Shown here in pieces: positions 30,185 through 44,256 of a DNA stretch of 64,000 nucleotides. Source of the DNA: Octopus vulgaris (Eukaryota). Within the stretch, counting starts at the first letter, position 1. Each line of letters begins with the position of its first letter. Below the pieces are notes generated by a model. The model had not been told where the DNA came from and ran no database searches. It saw only the letters and a program-made list of their open reading frames with translations. A program made the position numbers and the translations under genes. The stretch covers positions 6,944,001 through 7,008,000 of the forward strand of contig OX597830.1 in the NCBI GenBank assembly GCA_951406725.2. Reading direction: 5' to 3'.

Positions 30185-30390
30185 TTTACTTGTTTCACTG
30201 ATTAGACTGCGGCCTTGCTGGGGCACCGCCTTGTAGCATTTTAGTCGAGCGAATCAATACTAGTAGTTATTATTATTATTTTTTAAAATTTTATTTATTT
30301 TCCTTTTAAAGCTTCTTAACTAGTCTAGCTTACGGGGACGTTAACACACCATCACCGGCTGTCATGACTTGATGGGAGACAAACACAGCC
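30185..30390 (-). mobile_element. SINE family B 3' fragment
   Basis: TTTTACTTGTTTC, GACTGCGGCC.TGCTGG.GCACCGCCTT and TTAGTCGAGC match the family B reverse complement. Confidence 0.75.
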
Positions 30391-30476
30391 ACAAAGACAC
30401 CGACCTACACACATACATGCACGCTCACGTACACACATAAGCAAACATATACACACAAACATACACATTATATATT

Positions 30477-30530
<54 letters not shown>

Positions 30531-30538
<8 letters not shown>

Positions 30539-30610
30539 AAGGACGGAAAAATAGTACTCGATTACCGGAGGTAGAGTAATGTGCTTTATTAATAAAGCTG
30601 CAAAAACATG
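30531..30610 (-). mobile_element. Terminal fragment of the Penelope-like repeat also at 61147-61362 and about 40980-41160
   Basis: AAACAAGG..GGAAAA.ATAGTACTCGA.TACCGGAG.TAGAGTAAT shared with 61169-61218. Confidence 0.7.
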
Positions 30611-30708
30611 ATGGATATATATATACAAACACGCGCGCGCGCATATATATATAGATATATAGATAGATATATGCGCACGACAGGTATCTTTCATTTCTCA
30701 TATTATTA

Positions 30709-30756
<48 letters not shown>

Positions 30757-30777
30757 GCAGCAGCAGCAGCAGCAGTT

Positions 30778-30837
<60 letters not shown>

Positions 30838-31414
30838 TAAAATAGCAAGTAGACGATTTGAGAACAATTTCAAGATATTTATATTGATTATAAGTGCACC
30901 TCTGTTTATAGTAGCGGCAGCGGGGATGGTTGCTGTTGTTTTGATGGTGGTGGTGGTGGTGGTGTCAGCGATCACCGTTTCTAAGTCATTCACAAGTGAT
31001 GACCGCGAAACGATGGTAACTCGTATGAAAAGTACGAAGTGTGATGTGATTGTGGGTGAAGGTAACTGCGAAGTGTCGGTTTCAATTTCAATTGGCGTTC
31101 TTAAACAATACACCTCTTAAGGCTAAAGGCGTGGGAACGAGAAGCAATTATGAAAACGTACCTACCTACGTATATATGTGTGTGTGTGTGTGTGTATTTA
31201 TATATATAAGCATATATGTATGTATATATATGTGTTTGTGTGTGTGAGGGTATATAAATATATGTGTGTTAGTGTGTGTAAGAGTGTGTGTGTGCGCACA
31301 CATTGAAAATTTCCAGTATAATAGCTGGGTGTTCTTTTTCCTCTTGTTGCTGTCCTTTTGATGTACGAAAGTTTCTCAATTCATTTGATCATCTGTTTAT
31401 TCACATTTGCATAC

Positions 31415-31459
<45 letters not shown>

Positions 31460-32123
31460 GCTCACTTACGCACGCACATTCATACACACACGCACAAGTC
31501 CTCACGAACTCAAATCGCAAGCTCACATTTGCATACATGCACAATCATATATGTATGTTTGTGTGTATATATGCATATATTTGTGTGTGTATACACATAT
31601 ATTTATATATATATGAACACACACACACACATTTGCAATCGCACATACATATGCTTATATATATATACTCACACATGCAAACATACATTCGCACACATAT
31701 ACAAATATATATATATATATATATGCATACTCATACACATACACAATCATACACGATACACACATATACATATATAAAGCTACACATACGCGTACCTACA
31801 CACGCGTGGGCAGTAATCTCGTTCTGTAATAATAAATGTACTTACTACACGAGTGTCAATCGAAAAGAGGACATAGTGAGAATGGAGAAAAGAAATAGAA
31901 GAGAATAAGAGATAGGACGAGAGGAGGAGGAGGGGAGGGGAGGGGATGAGGAGGGGTGATGTGTGTTTATGTTTTGTATGTCTGCAAATAGGTGGCGTTA
32001 GTACAGAACAATGGTGGCCAACACTATAGACATGGCGGTATCACAAACCAACTGTCAAAACAATCTAACTACACCGCAACAGATCACATCAATTATTTAC
32101 ATGACTGCCTGCGTTTATTATTA

Positions 32124-32243
<120 letters not shown>

Positions 32244-32384
32244 TCGGCTTCTTTATTTATTTGGCTGTTTGTTACTAGTACCATATTCTGGCTAAGTAGA
32301 CACGTTGATCTTGGAGCTTTGGTTTCCGGCCGATTGGGAGCCAGCTTTGCGTTAATTGTTCGAGTAAGCATTCCGATATCAAAA

Positions 32385-32970
32385 TATTCTTTTCTACTCT
32401 AGGCACAAGACCCGAATTTTTTTTTCCGGTGGGAGAGACCTCAGTATGCAACTGGTACTTAATTTATCGACCCCGAAAAGATGAAAAGCAAAGTCGACCT
32501 CGGTGGAATTTGAACTCCGAACGTATAAACAGACGAAATTCCTATTTCTTTACTACCCACAAGGGGCTAAACATAGAGGGGGAAAACAAGAACAGACAAA
32601 CGGATTAAGTCGATTACATCGACCCCAGTGCGTAACTGATCCTTAACTTATCGACCCCGAAAGGATGAAAGGCAACGTCGAACACCGGGGAAAATATAGA
32701 CAGACGAAATACCGTTAAGCATTCAGCCCGGCGTACTAACGATTCTGCCAGCTCGTCGCCTTATGCTAATATTAAAATATTGTATGGCTTTAATTCTGGT
32801 TTCAAATTTTGGCACAAGGCCTGCAAATTCTAGGGCAAAAAACTGCTATTTATTGTATCGAGCACGATAGGATGAGAGGCAAAACCGACCTCTGCGGAAT
32901 TTGAAGTTGGAATTGCCGCCAAACGTTTTGGCCGGCGCGCTACCGATTCTTCCAGGGCGCTGACTTATAT
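32385..32970 (-). mobile_element. Cluster of SINE family A copies
   Basis: Repeated TCGACCCCGAAA.GATGAAA.GCAA, GAATTTGAACTC and CTGCCAGCTCG.CGCCTT. Confidence 0.85.
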
Positions 32971-33949
32971 GGTTTTGATATTATAGTTTTCGTGTTTAAT
33001 TACACGACAAAGAACTGCAGCCATGACGGGGCCTGAAGTATACAACAGAGTGGATCCCAATAAAGGCGCTTCATAGATACCAAATCGGACGAGGGACCAC
33101 GAAATTTTAATGAGTAATGCTTGCGAGGGACTTCACATAGGGTTATTTCCTCGCTCAAGAAGAGGAAGAACTGCAGTTTTGAACTAGTCAAGGTGCTAAA
33201 TCGGTTGATGGACCAAAATATAACCAAAAATAAAAACAAAACGATTTCGAGAATAGTGAATCATGGCCGCAGTCAAATTATTGCAACAAGTAAAAGCGAC
33301 CCCATTCGTGGTCACATATTCGTTCATCTCCACGCTTAAAACATACAGTTTGATTGCAAACACGTCCAGATCCATTGTGTTTAAAAGACATGAGAGAAAC
33401 CAGTGTTTACATCTTCCTGAGTTGCCCGATTTATGGCTCGTCATAATGAGATATTGGCACTGACATTTCAGGACAAAATTGATGTTTTCCATCAATTATT
33501 CTGTCGTCGTGATTCTCGTTCAACCATCTGCGACAATCGCGTCAGTGTCAATCGAACAATCCACTAATTTGCATACGTTTTCCTTTTTGTTTTTGTTTTA
33601 AAATTACTGAAGAAGAAAGTAAAAAGAAAAAAAACACAAAGCACAACGAGGAATAAAAAAAAATTGAAGCCAGATATCTTGAAACACTATCTTGATGACG
33701 TCTGCTTCGGGTCGCAAAGAGGCACATCATCATCATCATCATCATCATTCTGCACGTGTGTTTGTGAGTGCTTATACACAGACATTTGCTCATATATATG
33801 TATATAAATGTATGTGTGTTTTATATGTGTGTGGGTGTATATACATGTATATATACGCTTGTCTATACAGATAGTATTTAAGAGAAATAAATCCAGAAAT
33901 CAGAACGAGTGCATGAATGTACGTATATTATATATGAATGTATATATGA

Positions 33950-33999
<50 letters not shown>

Positions 34000-34031
34000 C
34001 TAAAATAGGACAAAGAAATAGATAGATACAC

Positions 34032-34392
34032 GTGCAGATGCTTCACAAATACTTGGTCCCGCTGTCAACTTCACCGCGTGGCACCTTGGGTTCGTGCCAC
34101 CTACAATATTTTCGGACCAACTTTCGCAGTAGATTTGGTAGACGGAAACTAAAAGAAACACGTCGTATGTATGTGTGTGTGTGTGTGTCATTGTGTCCCC
34201 CACCACCTTTTGACAGCCGGTGTTGGTATGTTTACTTCCCCGTAACACAGTGGTTTCGGCAAAAGAGTCCGGTAGATTAAGTGCCAGGCTTTAAAATAAT
34301 AAGCGCTGGTCTCAATTCATTTGACTAGGACTTCTTCAAGGTGGTGCCCCAGCAAGGCCGCTCTCCAATGAGTGTAACAAATAAAAGATAAA
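34032..34392 (+). mobile_element. Diverged SINE family B
   Basis: GCGTGGCACCTTGGG, GATTTGGTAGACGGAAACT, TTCGGCAAAAGAG, tail TAAAAGATAAA. Confidence 0.8.
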
Positions 34393-35264
34393 GGCCATAT
34401 CGATATATATTTAAACTACGATTGATTATTGTAAGGACAGTTAACAACAATCACAAATAGTAAAATAATATGAATAAGATGGTAAAAAGACTTGTGGTGG
34501 TGGCGGTGATGCTGGTGGAGGTGGTGGTGGCGGTGGTGGTGGATGGTGGTCTGTTGATGTTGGTGGTGGTGCTACTACTACTACTACTACTAAAACTACT
34601 ACTACTGCTTCTATTGCTAGGACTACAACCACAAGCTACTATAATGACGTGAATCCATAGTATAGCCTATGTATTGAAGTGTTTCGCCTTTACATGTGTG
34701 TGCACGCACGTGTGTGTGTGTGTACATACGTACGTATATTTATATCTCAATCCCTCACTAGATGCATAGATAAATAGATAGATAGATAGACACACACATA
34801 TGCATATATGTCTTGTGTATACATACATACATACACCTCCCCCCATATATATATATATGTTTATATATATATATATGACTGCGCTAACATTTCCTCTAAT
34901 ACCATCTGAACTAAAATACTATAATTAATTCTGTTATCTAAATTAGACAATTTCAGTTATTATCTCCAAACAACACTACAACAGTCAATATTGTCGTTCT
35001 CATCAACACACTTAATTAACATGTCGAGCATGTGGGTTTTGTTGTTGTTGTTGTTGACGGTGGTGGTGGCGGTGGCGATGGTCGTCGTACTGATGCTGAT
35101 ACTGATGCTGTAGTCGCTGTTATTGGTTTTGTGTTGTTGATGTTCTTGTTTTCTATCACTTCCTTCTCATTCACTCCGAACCAACAACATTACTACTAAT
35201 ATTTCTACTACTTTCAATACTACAACTATTACAATTATCACTATCAATACTATCGCTTATTATT

Positions 35265-35265
35265 G

Positions 35266-35338
<73 letters not shown>

Positions 35339-35469
35339 GATTATTATTATTATTATCATCATCATCATCATTATCATCATCATCATCATTATTATTATTA
35401 TTATTATTATCATCATCATTATCATTATTATCATTATTATTATTATCATCATCATCATCATCATCATCA

Positions 35470-35523
<54 letters not shown>

Positions 35524-36019
35524 TCATCATCATTATCATCATCATCGTCATTATTATTATTATTATCATCATCATCATCATCATTATTATTATTACTATT
35601 GTTATTATTATATAATTATCATTATTATTGCTATTTTTACTATCATCATCATCATCGTCTTTAAATATTATTGCTATTATTTTTCCGTAGGTTACCTAAA
35701 AGGTGACGATGTTGACAGTGATGATGAGAAGGAGGAGGAGGCTGAGGAGGAGGAGAACTACGGCGACAACGACGACATTTACGATGCTGTCAAACGACGA
35801 CGACAAAGTCTATAATGATGATGATGATGATGATGATGCCGAAGATTATAGAAAAATTATGATAGTAAAGTTACTAATAGTAATACAAATAATAATGATA
35901 ATAATAAATTTAATAGTTTCATTTGCCACAAGGGCGAATAACAATAATATTAATAAAAGAACAAGAGTATTATAAAGCCAATAACGGTAATAGCATCAAT
36001 AATAATAACAACAACAACC

Positions 36020-36076
<57 letters not shown>

Positions 36077-36087
36077 TCAGCAGCAGC

Positions 36088-36143
<56 letters not shown>

Positions 36144-37268
36144 CAGCAGTGGTAGTAGTAGTAGTAGTAGTAATAATAATAATATAATAATAATAATAAT
36201 ATTACCCTTATAGTAATAATAACAATAATAATAATAGACTACCAAAGCTGGTAGCAGTAGTAGTGTTAGTCCCACTAATAATGATGATTATAGTAATAAT
36301 AAAAAACTGATCGTTTCTTTAATAATAGTAATAACTGTAATAATGATTACTTCATGATTATTATTAATAATAATAACAAGTGCAATAATTGAATTTGTAG
36401 TTTAAAGCCGCCATTTGTAATAATAGAGGTTGTCTGTTATTTCCGTCTAATACTTGTGATTTTTGCACTAACGTTCAGTGTGTGTGTGTGTGTTGGATAG
36501 ATAACTGATGGATAACGTATACATGCATGACACGGCTGGTGGTGGTGGTGGTGGTGGTGACGATGGGGGGTAGGTGAAGGTAGTGGCGGCGTAGTCAGGG
36601 TGGGGCGCTGGGTATAAACCTGGAGATGGTGTTGATGTTGCTGATGGTAGTGACGGTGATAATAATGATGGCGGTGGTGGTAATAATGATAGTAGTGATG
36701 GTAGTGGTGGTGGTGGTGGTGGTGGCGGTGGTGGGGACGATGGGGGGCGTGAAGGTAGTGGTGGTGGTGATAAATTTGCTGATAATGTTGATGTTGCTGA
36801 TGCTAGTGATAGTGATAATAGTGATGATGATGGTGGTGGTGATGGTGGTAGTGGTGGTGGTGGTGGTGGTGGTGTTTGGCGACGGCAGCGACAATGGGGT
36901 GGAGGTATCGGTGGTGAAGATGGGGAGGTTATAACGTTGTTGATGATGTTGGTGTTGCTGATGGTAGTGATGGTGGTTGTGGTGGTGGTGTTTGTGGTGC
37001 GGATGGCAGTTGTGGTTGTTGTGAAACTGATGATGATGATGATGATGATGGCAGCTGTTCTCTGGGGACAGTGGTGTGATGTTAAAGGCTGTGGTGCTAG
37101 TCTGATGGTATGCGATACCATCGAAGTGTCAGCGATGGTTGTGGCAATGATGATGGTGATGGTATCGGTAGAGGTTGTGGTAGTGGTGCTGGTAGCGAAA
37201 TTACTATTGCTCGTGGTGAGAGTGGTGGCGCTAGTGTTCATGATAATAGTAGTAACTCTGATCGGTTT

Positions 37269-37338
<70 letters not shown>

Positions 37339-37680
37339 GGTGATGATGGTGATGATGGTAATAATGGCGGTACTTAAGGGGTGATGATAATGATGATGAT
37401 GGAGATGATAATGATGATGGAGATGATGATGATGATGATGATAATAATGATGATGATGACGATGATGAAGATGACGATGGTGGTGATGATGATGATGGAG
37501 ATAATAATGATGAGGAGGAGGAGGAGGTGGAGGAGGATGGCGATGATGATGATGATAGTTATGGTGATGGTGGTGATGTGAGTGGTGGTGATGTGAGTGG
37601 TGGTGATGTGGGCGGCGGTGACGGTGATGTTGTAAATGATTATGATGAAGATGATGATGGTGGTGGTATGTTAGTGGCGC
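35265..37680. repeat. Low-complexity trinucleotide domain: (ATT/ATC)n, (AGT)n, (GGT/GAT)n
   Basis: Directly visible; source of the poly-I/S/T/P/V ORFs. Confidence 0.9.
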
Positions 37681-38413
37681 CTATGATTGCAGGATAGTAG
37701 GAGGGGGTTGCCATGGTGGCAGTGTCGATGGTAACATAAATAAATACACAAGTTAAATAAGCTGCAGTAAAAAATAATGCAAAGAAATGCAAGGCGTAAA
37801 AATCCGTAAATAAAAGAGGATAGGATTCGCCACGTTTAGAAACAAGATTGGTTGTTACTTAAAAAATTGGTAGGAAGAATATACAGACAAAATAAAGCGT
37901 AAAAAAAAAACAATATTAGGAAATCAGATCTGTGGAATTCTATTCTATATTATATTGTATTGTAAAGGAGAATCGGTAAGAGTGTGCCTGTGTATATATA
38001 TGTGTGTATATATATATGTATATATATATATGTATGCATGTATGATGTATGTATGTATATATAATCATACTTATATATATACATATATGTGTGTATATAT
38101 GTACATATATATATATATATATACGTATATATATATATATATATCTTTTTTGTGTATATATATACATATATATATTTATATGTGTGTGTTGATGGATACA
38201 TGTAGAGATACAAAGACGCATATATACATATATATAAGTATTGATGTGTATAGTATATATATATATATATATATATAGTGTATATATACACATATATATC
38301 TTCATATGTATATATTTACATACATAGGTTTATGGTAATACATTTGTACATAATGTGTGTGTATACATCTATTTATATATGTATACACACGTACACACAT
38401 ATGTGTATATATA

Positions 38414-38457
<44 letters not shown>

Positions 38458-38555
38458 TACAAATATACATCTACATTTGAATGCATATGCATGCTTATAT
38501 ATAATGGATATCTGAGTGTACATATATGTACGTATTTTCACATACATCATGCATA

Positions 38556-38660
<105 letters not shown>

Positions 38661-39304
38661 CTGCAAGTTTATATACATACAAGAGATATATAATAAAGAA
38701 AAAAGAGAACTGCACATAAAATTCCAGGTAAATTGTTGAAAGGCAAAAGAAGAAGGGAAAATGAAAAGAAAAACAGAAAATAATATCAAAACATCCTCTC
38801 CTCTCCCCCCCTCCTTTCCTCCCTCCCATCCAACTTACAAAAACTTTCAACAACAGCAACGACAACAACGAACAACAAAAACATGAAGAACACCAGAAGC
38901 GAAGAGAAAGAAAAAAAATCGGTGGAGCAACACGAGTGGAATTGCGAACGACAACACTTGAAGACGGGGAGAGAACAAGGACGTCATTAACAAACAATTA
39001 ATATTAACGAAAAGATGAGATAGATAAATGAGGAAAGAAAGAAAGAAGGAAGGAAGGAAATAGAGAGTGAGAGAAAAGAAGGAAAAGAGGAAGAGAATGG
39101 AAGAAATGAAAAGAAGAAACGTTTATTCTGTGATGGAATGGTAAAAGACGGAAACAAAACACCAAAACGCTGAAAAATATTCATTGGTGTGTATGTATAC
39201 GCGCACGCATGCACACACACACATACACACACACACACACACGCACACATATATATATAATATATATATTATATATATACATATATATATGCATATACAT
39301 ATAC

Positions 39305-39360
<56 letters not shown>

Positions 39361-39449
39361 TTATACATAGCTACATGCATACATAAACACATAGCTCGCT
39401 GTCATACATACATGCACATACACACATACACACACTTGCATACATACAA

Positions 39450-39564
<115 letters not shown>

Positions 39565-40075
39565 TAGAGAGAGATTGTGATTGATCAAATGATTGATTGA
39601 GCGAGTGACTGATTGAGATAATTTTCTCTGTAAATATTTATACGTACGTATGAGTGTATACACACATTTATGTATGTGTGTATGTATATATGTATGTATC
39701 TAAGTATGCATGTATTTAAGCATGCATTATATATTCATGTCTGTACATATGTCTGCATGTATGTATGTGTGTATGTATATATATATGCCTGCATGTATGT
39801 ATGTATGCATATATATATGTATGTATAACTTTTAGAAGGAGACGTTTGACAGCGATTTCGAAATTTCGGCTCCATTCTTTTCACCTGATTTATGAAGTTT
39901 AGTGTTCAATAACTATTGCCCGTTAGCTTATTGTTAGATTTCTTTCGGATCCAACTAGGCATAAAGCATAAACTGAGATACAGAAATGAATCCATTTCAA
40001 AATAAAGAAAAGAATCTTGGACGTTCAAATCTCATATTTTACTGAACTTTCCAAAGCTTACTTGTGTGTGTTTGT

Positions 40076-40124
<49 letters not shown>

Positions 40125-40476
40125 TGTGTATGTGAGAGAGTGTTTGTGTGTGCAATGAATCCAATTGTCGTCAATAATGGCTAGTTTAGTATTTGCCATT
40201 GCAAAAACGAACGAAACGTTAGGCCTAGTGTTTAGAATATTAAATTAACAACGTACAAATAGATATTGTTATCTTGCTTTGCGCATTGAAGTGTTTAACT
40301 GAATTCACATACAAACAGATATTCACACACACAGACACAAACATACACACACAAATGCAAACGCAAACACGCAAACTCATTTCCATACAAACATAATCAA
40401 ATCGATGCTCGCATCAAAACAAAAAAACACACACAAACAAATTGATATATGCACGCATATATATATATATATATAT

Positions 40477-40680
40477 AGTTAATCCAAACAAGAAAGCACA
40501 AAAAACACAACGTGAGGACGTGGAACAAATATAGTATTATTGGACGCTCAGGAAAGAAGGAAAGAAGGAGGGTTTAATGTTTCAAGCGGAGCTCTTCGTC
40601 GGAACCATTGGAGAAGGAAAGATCCAGAGAAAGGAAGACAGAGGAAAAAAATTGCCAACAGTACACACGAGGTCACATTT
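40477..40680 (-). mobile_element. Penelope-like terminal repeat fragment containing a minimal hammerhead motif
   Basis: Abuts (TA)n; minus strand GGTT-CCGACGA-A-GAGC TCC GCTT-GAAA-CAT-TA-AACC at 40606-40571. Confidence 0.6.
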
Positions 40681-40695
40681 TAATTGAAAGAATAA

Positions 40696-40935
40696 GAGTC
40701 AACAAGAAGGGAAACTTATTTTTTAATCACTACAATCGTTTCCACGCAACGAAGTTCTCCAGATGTGTAGGTACTTGTTTATGCCACTGTTTCCCTGCAT
40801 TCTGAGATCTAGTTGTCTTTCGTTAAGGAAACAGTTGCATATTCAAGTACCTGCACACCTAGAGAACTGCGTTGCATGGAAACGATTGTAGGGATTAAAA
40901 ATTAAACGTCTAACCGTACCCCTTCTTGTTCACTC
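40696..40935. repeat. Fold-back element with about 75-bp core arms and a 32-nt loop
   Basis: 40720-40794 pairs with 40901-40827 (about 9 mismatches by eye); outer GAGT.AACAAGAAGGG also pairs. Confidence 0.9.
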
Positions 40936-41809
40936 CAATACCTTCTATTACCTATAAACACGACAGATGCCCAAAAGCAAACCTGGAAGTACGTTTATGC
41001 TATTCGTGAATAGCACAGTGTAAATATGAAGGTGCACGTGGTTTATACTGTACTCTACTACGTTCTTAACAGAATATACCATGTTGCAAAAACATCACCA
41101 AAACTGTTGCTCAGAGTTTCCTGTTCCCGTTCGTCGGCAAAACATCACACAAACTGCTACTATATATATTTCTATATATTCTCACTTATGTATACGTACA
41201 TGCATCAAGAGGACGCCAACACTTTTAAAAACACATAGACACACACGCACGCATACACGCGCAGATACATGCACAAGTATGAAGGCAAACCCATTAATCT
41301 TTGCTTTAGTTAAAGCCGCCATTTTAAGACATATATTTTCAAGCAAATAGAAACATATACAAACATACACACACACACACATAGCCACATACGCACGCAT
41401 AGATACTCTTATGTTAACATATACATACGCACATACACATAATATTTATGAACATATGGAAACTGAGAATCTAGTGTTCAAGCCCACCGCCACCAATAGC
41501 ATTGCCCCCTTCCCCGCCATCATCGCCACCATTAATGTAATGCCTTCTACCACTCCCACCAGCACCAGTACTATTTCCAACACCGCAATCGTCACCACCA
41601 CCAACTACACAAGTAAGGTGAGAGAGAGAGAGAGAGAGAATGGAAGAGACAGAGAGAGAGTGTGTATGTATAAGCATGTCTTTACGTACGTATGCATACG
41701 TACATATATATATATATGTACATACATATACATATATACACAGACCCATGTATATATATATATATACATGTATATACATATCTACATATACATATACACA
41801 CAGACACAC

Positions 41810-41843
<34 letters not shown>

Positions 41844-41879
41844 GTATATATATATATATATATATATGTCTCTGTGTAA

Positions 41880-41986
<107 letters not shown>

Positions 41987-42494
41987 GTATGTGTGTGTTT
42001 GTATGTGTGCATGTAAGAAAAAATATGTATGCGTTTATGAATGCAATTCAAGTGTATTTAATATTGTGTTAGAGAGAGTAGTTTGCGGCGCTAGTTGTTA
42101 TTGTAGTAACGGTTGTTGTTTTGGTGGTTGTTTTGTGGTGGTGGTGGTTGTTGTTGTGGTGGTGGTGTCGGTGGTGTTGGGGGTTGTGCTGGGGGGGGGG
42201 GGCATCTGGTGCGGTAGCAACAGTATAGATAGCTCTTCTATTTCCGTGCACACACCTCTTGTTGCCGCCATTCATTGACAAGGTGTTCTCTCTCTTGTGA
42301 CAGAAACATAGCAATGGCGACACAACGCCTCGCTGTCTCTCGACACTCTGTTGTATAGGCGGAGGTTCTGGTGGCGATAGAGGTGGTAATGGTGGTGGTG
42401 ATGTTGGTGGTAGTATGGCGACAAGCTAAGCTACCACTGCCACTACTACCGTTGCATTATCACCTCTATTCGTATACTTCCACACACCTCCACC

Positions 42495-43175
42495 ATTGCT
42501 CTATCACCCACAGCCGCCGCCATCTTACAACCTTTCTGACCCCATTTTTCTATTGTACCCTCTTTCACCTCCTCCTCCTCCTCTTCTCCCTTTCTTTCTC
42601 TCCGTCTCTCTCTTCTCTCTCAATCTCTTTCTCCCTCTCTTTCTCTACACCCTCTTCTTTCTTCATGTTACCTTCATCTTTCTCATTTTGTATTCTTTTC
42701 TTTCCCGTCCTTCATCTTCTTCATCTCATTCCCATTTTTCTCCTTCTTCTTTTTCTTCATCTCATTCCCCTTATTCTCCTTCTCCTTCCTTTTATTTCTT
42801 TCTTCTTCATTATCATCATCTTTTTCTTCTTTATCATCCTCCTCATTCTCTTCTCCTTCTCTTTCTTCTTCTCCTTCTTCCCCTTCTCCCTCTCCTTTCT
42901 CTACTTCCTCTTCTTCTTCTTTTCTCCTTCTTTCTCATCTACTCTTTTTCCTTCTCCATCTTCTTTCTCTTCTGTTTCTTCTCCTTCCTCTTCTTTCTCT
43001 AGTTCCTATTCTTCCTTTTTCTTCTTCTTTTCTTCTTCTTCTTCTTTTCTTCTTCTTCCCCCTCTTCTTTTCTCCTTCCTCATTTTGTCTTTTTTCTTCT
43101 CCATCTTCTCTCTCCTCCTCCTCCTCCTTCTTCTCCTTCCCTCTCCTCCTCCTCCTGCTCCTCTTTCTCTTCTAT
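42495..43175. repeat. About 680-bp polypyrimidine/polypurine low-complexity tract
   Basis: Plus strand is almost exclusively C/T (CTT/CCT variants). Confidence 0.9.
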
Positions 43176-43513
43176 CATTCTATTATTTTGCTATTTTTGG
43201 AAATTCTTTCTTGAACTTAAATTTAACTTTTTTTTTGTTTTCTTTTGTTTTGGGGTTTTAATTTTTTCTTCATGTCTCTTGAAGTTCCCAGTTCAAATCA
43301 CGCTGCTTTTAGCATTGCCTTTCATCGATCCAAGGTCACCAGTTGGTGTCAATAAAATTTAATGTATCCATCGCCTTTAAGGTTTATAGCCTCTTACAAA
43401 TGTCAGCTGCCAAGAGCGTCTTCGTCATCGTCACCACCACCACCACCACCATCAGTATCATCATAACCATCATCAGCATCACCACCCACATCATGATCAA
43501 TACCACCATCATC

Positions 43514-43571
<58 letters not shown>

Positions 43572-43777
43572 GCATCATCATCAGCATCACCATCAGCAGC
43601 AGCATCACCATCATCACGGTCACCATCACCACTATTTGTGTTCCTTTCTTACAGAAACGGGAATTGCGATGAATCTTAAAGAACGTGAATATCAGCGGAC
43701 TTGTTCCTAATTGATTCAAGGATTCATGTGTGTGTATGTGCGTCAGTGCGTGCGTGAATGCATGTTATGTACGTATG

Positions 43778-43840
<63 letters not shown>

Positions 43841-43845
<5 letters not shown>

Positions 43846-44256
43846 TAGATAAGGGCATAGAAAATAATTTCTTCTTTTCTATATGCAGAAAATAGACGCT
43901 AAATCGTCAAACTAGGTTAAATATCTTCACTATTATTATCACAGAATTTCTATACGGATGTATTTGGGGGTACTTATATGCATTTATGACAGAGTGTCTG
44001 CTTTTCTTTGGGTAAGTATAAGTACTTCCTTTATTTTCTGGTGTTCTCTGCTGGTGAAGGAAAAACCGTTAAGGTTAATCCAGAAATTGGTCCGATCCAG
44101 AGACAGCTCAATTTTATGAATTTCTTTTAGCTTGCTTCTTCCTTTCAACACGTTAGCAATAATAATAATGAATATATTTAATGTGGTTCGGCCATTTAGC
44201 GTCTCTTTTCAGCATAGAGGCAAAGAAAATTGTTTTCTATGCCCTTATTTATAATT
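43841..44256 (+). mobile_element. Penelope-like fold-back element (about 100-bp inverted arms) with an internal hammerhead motif
   Basis: 43841-43940 (AATTATAGATAAGGGCATAGAAAA...AGACGCTAAAT) is inverted at about 44158-44256; starts directly after (TA)n. Confidence 0.78.
44045..44103 (+). ncRNA. Type I hammerhead ribozyme motif (core variant CUGGUGA)
   Basis: Helix I TCTCTG/CAGAGA; core CTGGTGA; helix II GGA..AACC-GTTAA-GGTT..TCC; GAAA; helix III ATTGG-T-CCGAT; C at the cleavage position (44097). Confidence 0.7.

Noticed and set aside
36468-37241. 257-aa Pro/Thr-rich ORF on the Dlx strand
   Set aside because: Derived from GGT/GAT low-complexity repeats; no Dlx N-terminal motifs
42371-43261. 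296-aa hydrophobic F/S/L ORF
   Set aside because: Translation of a polypyrimidine tract
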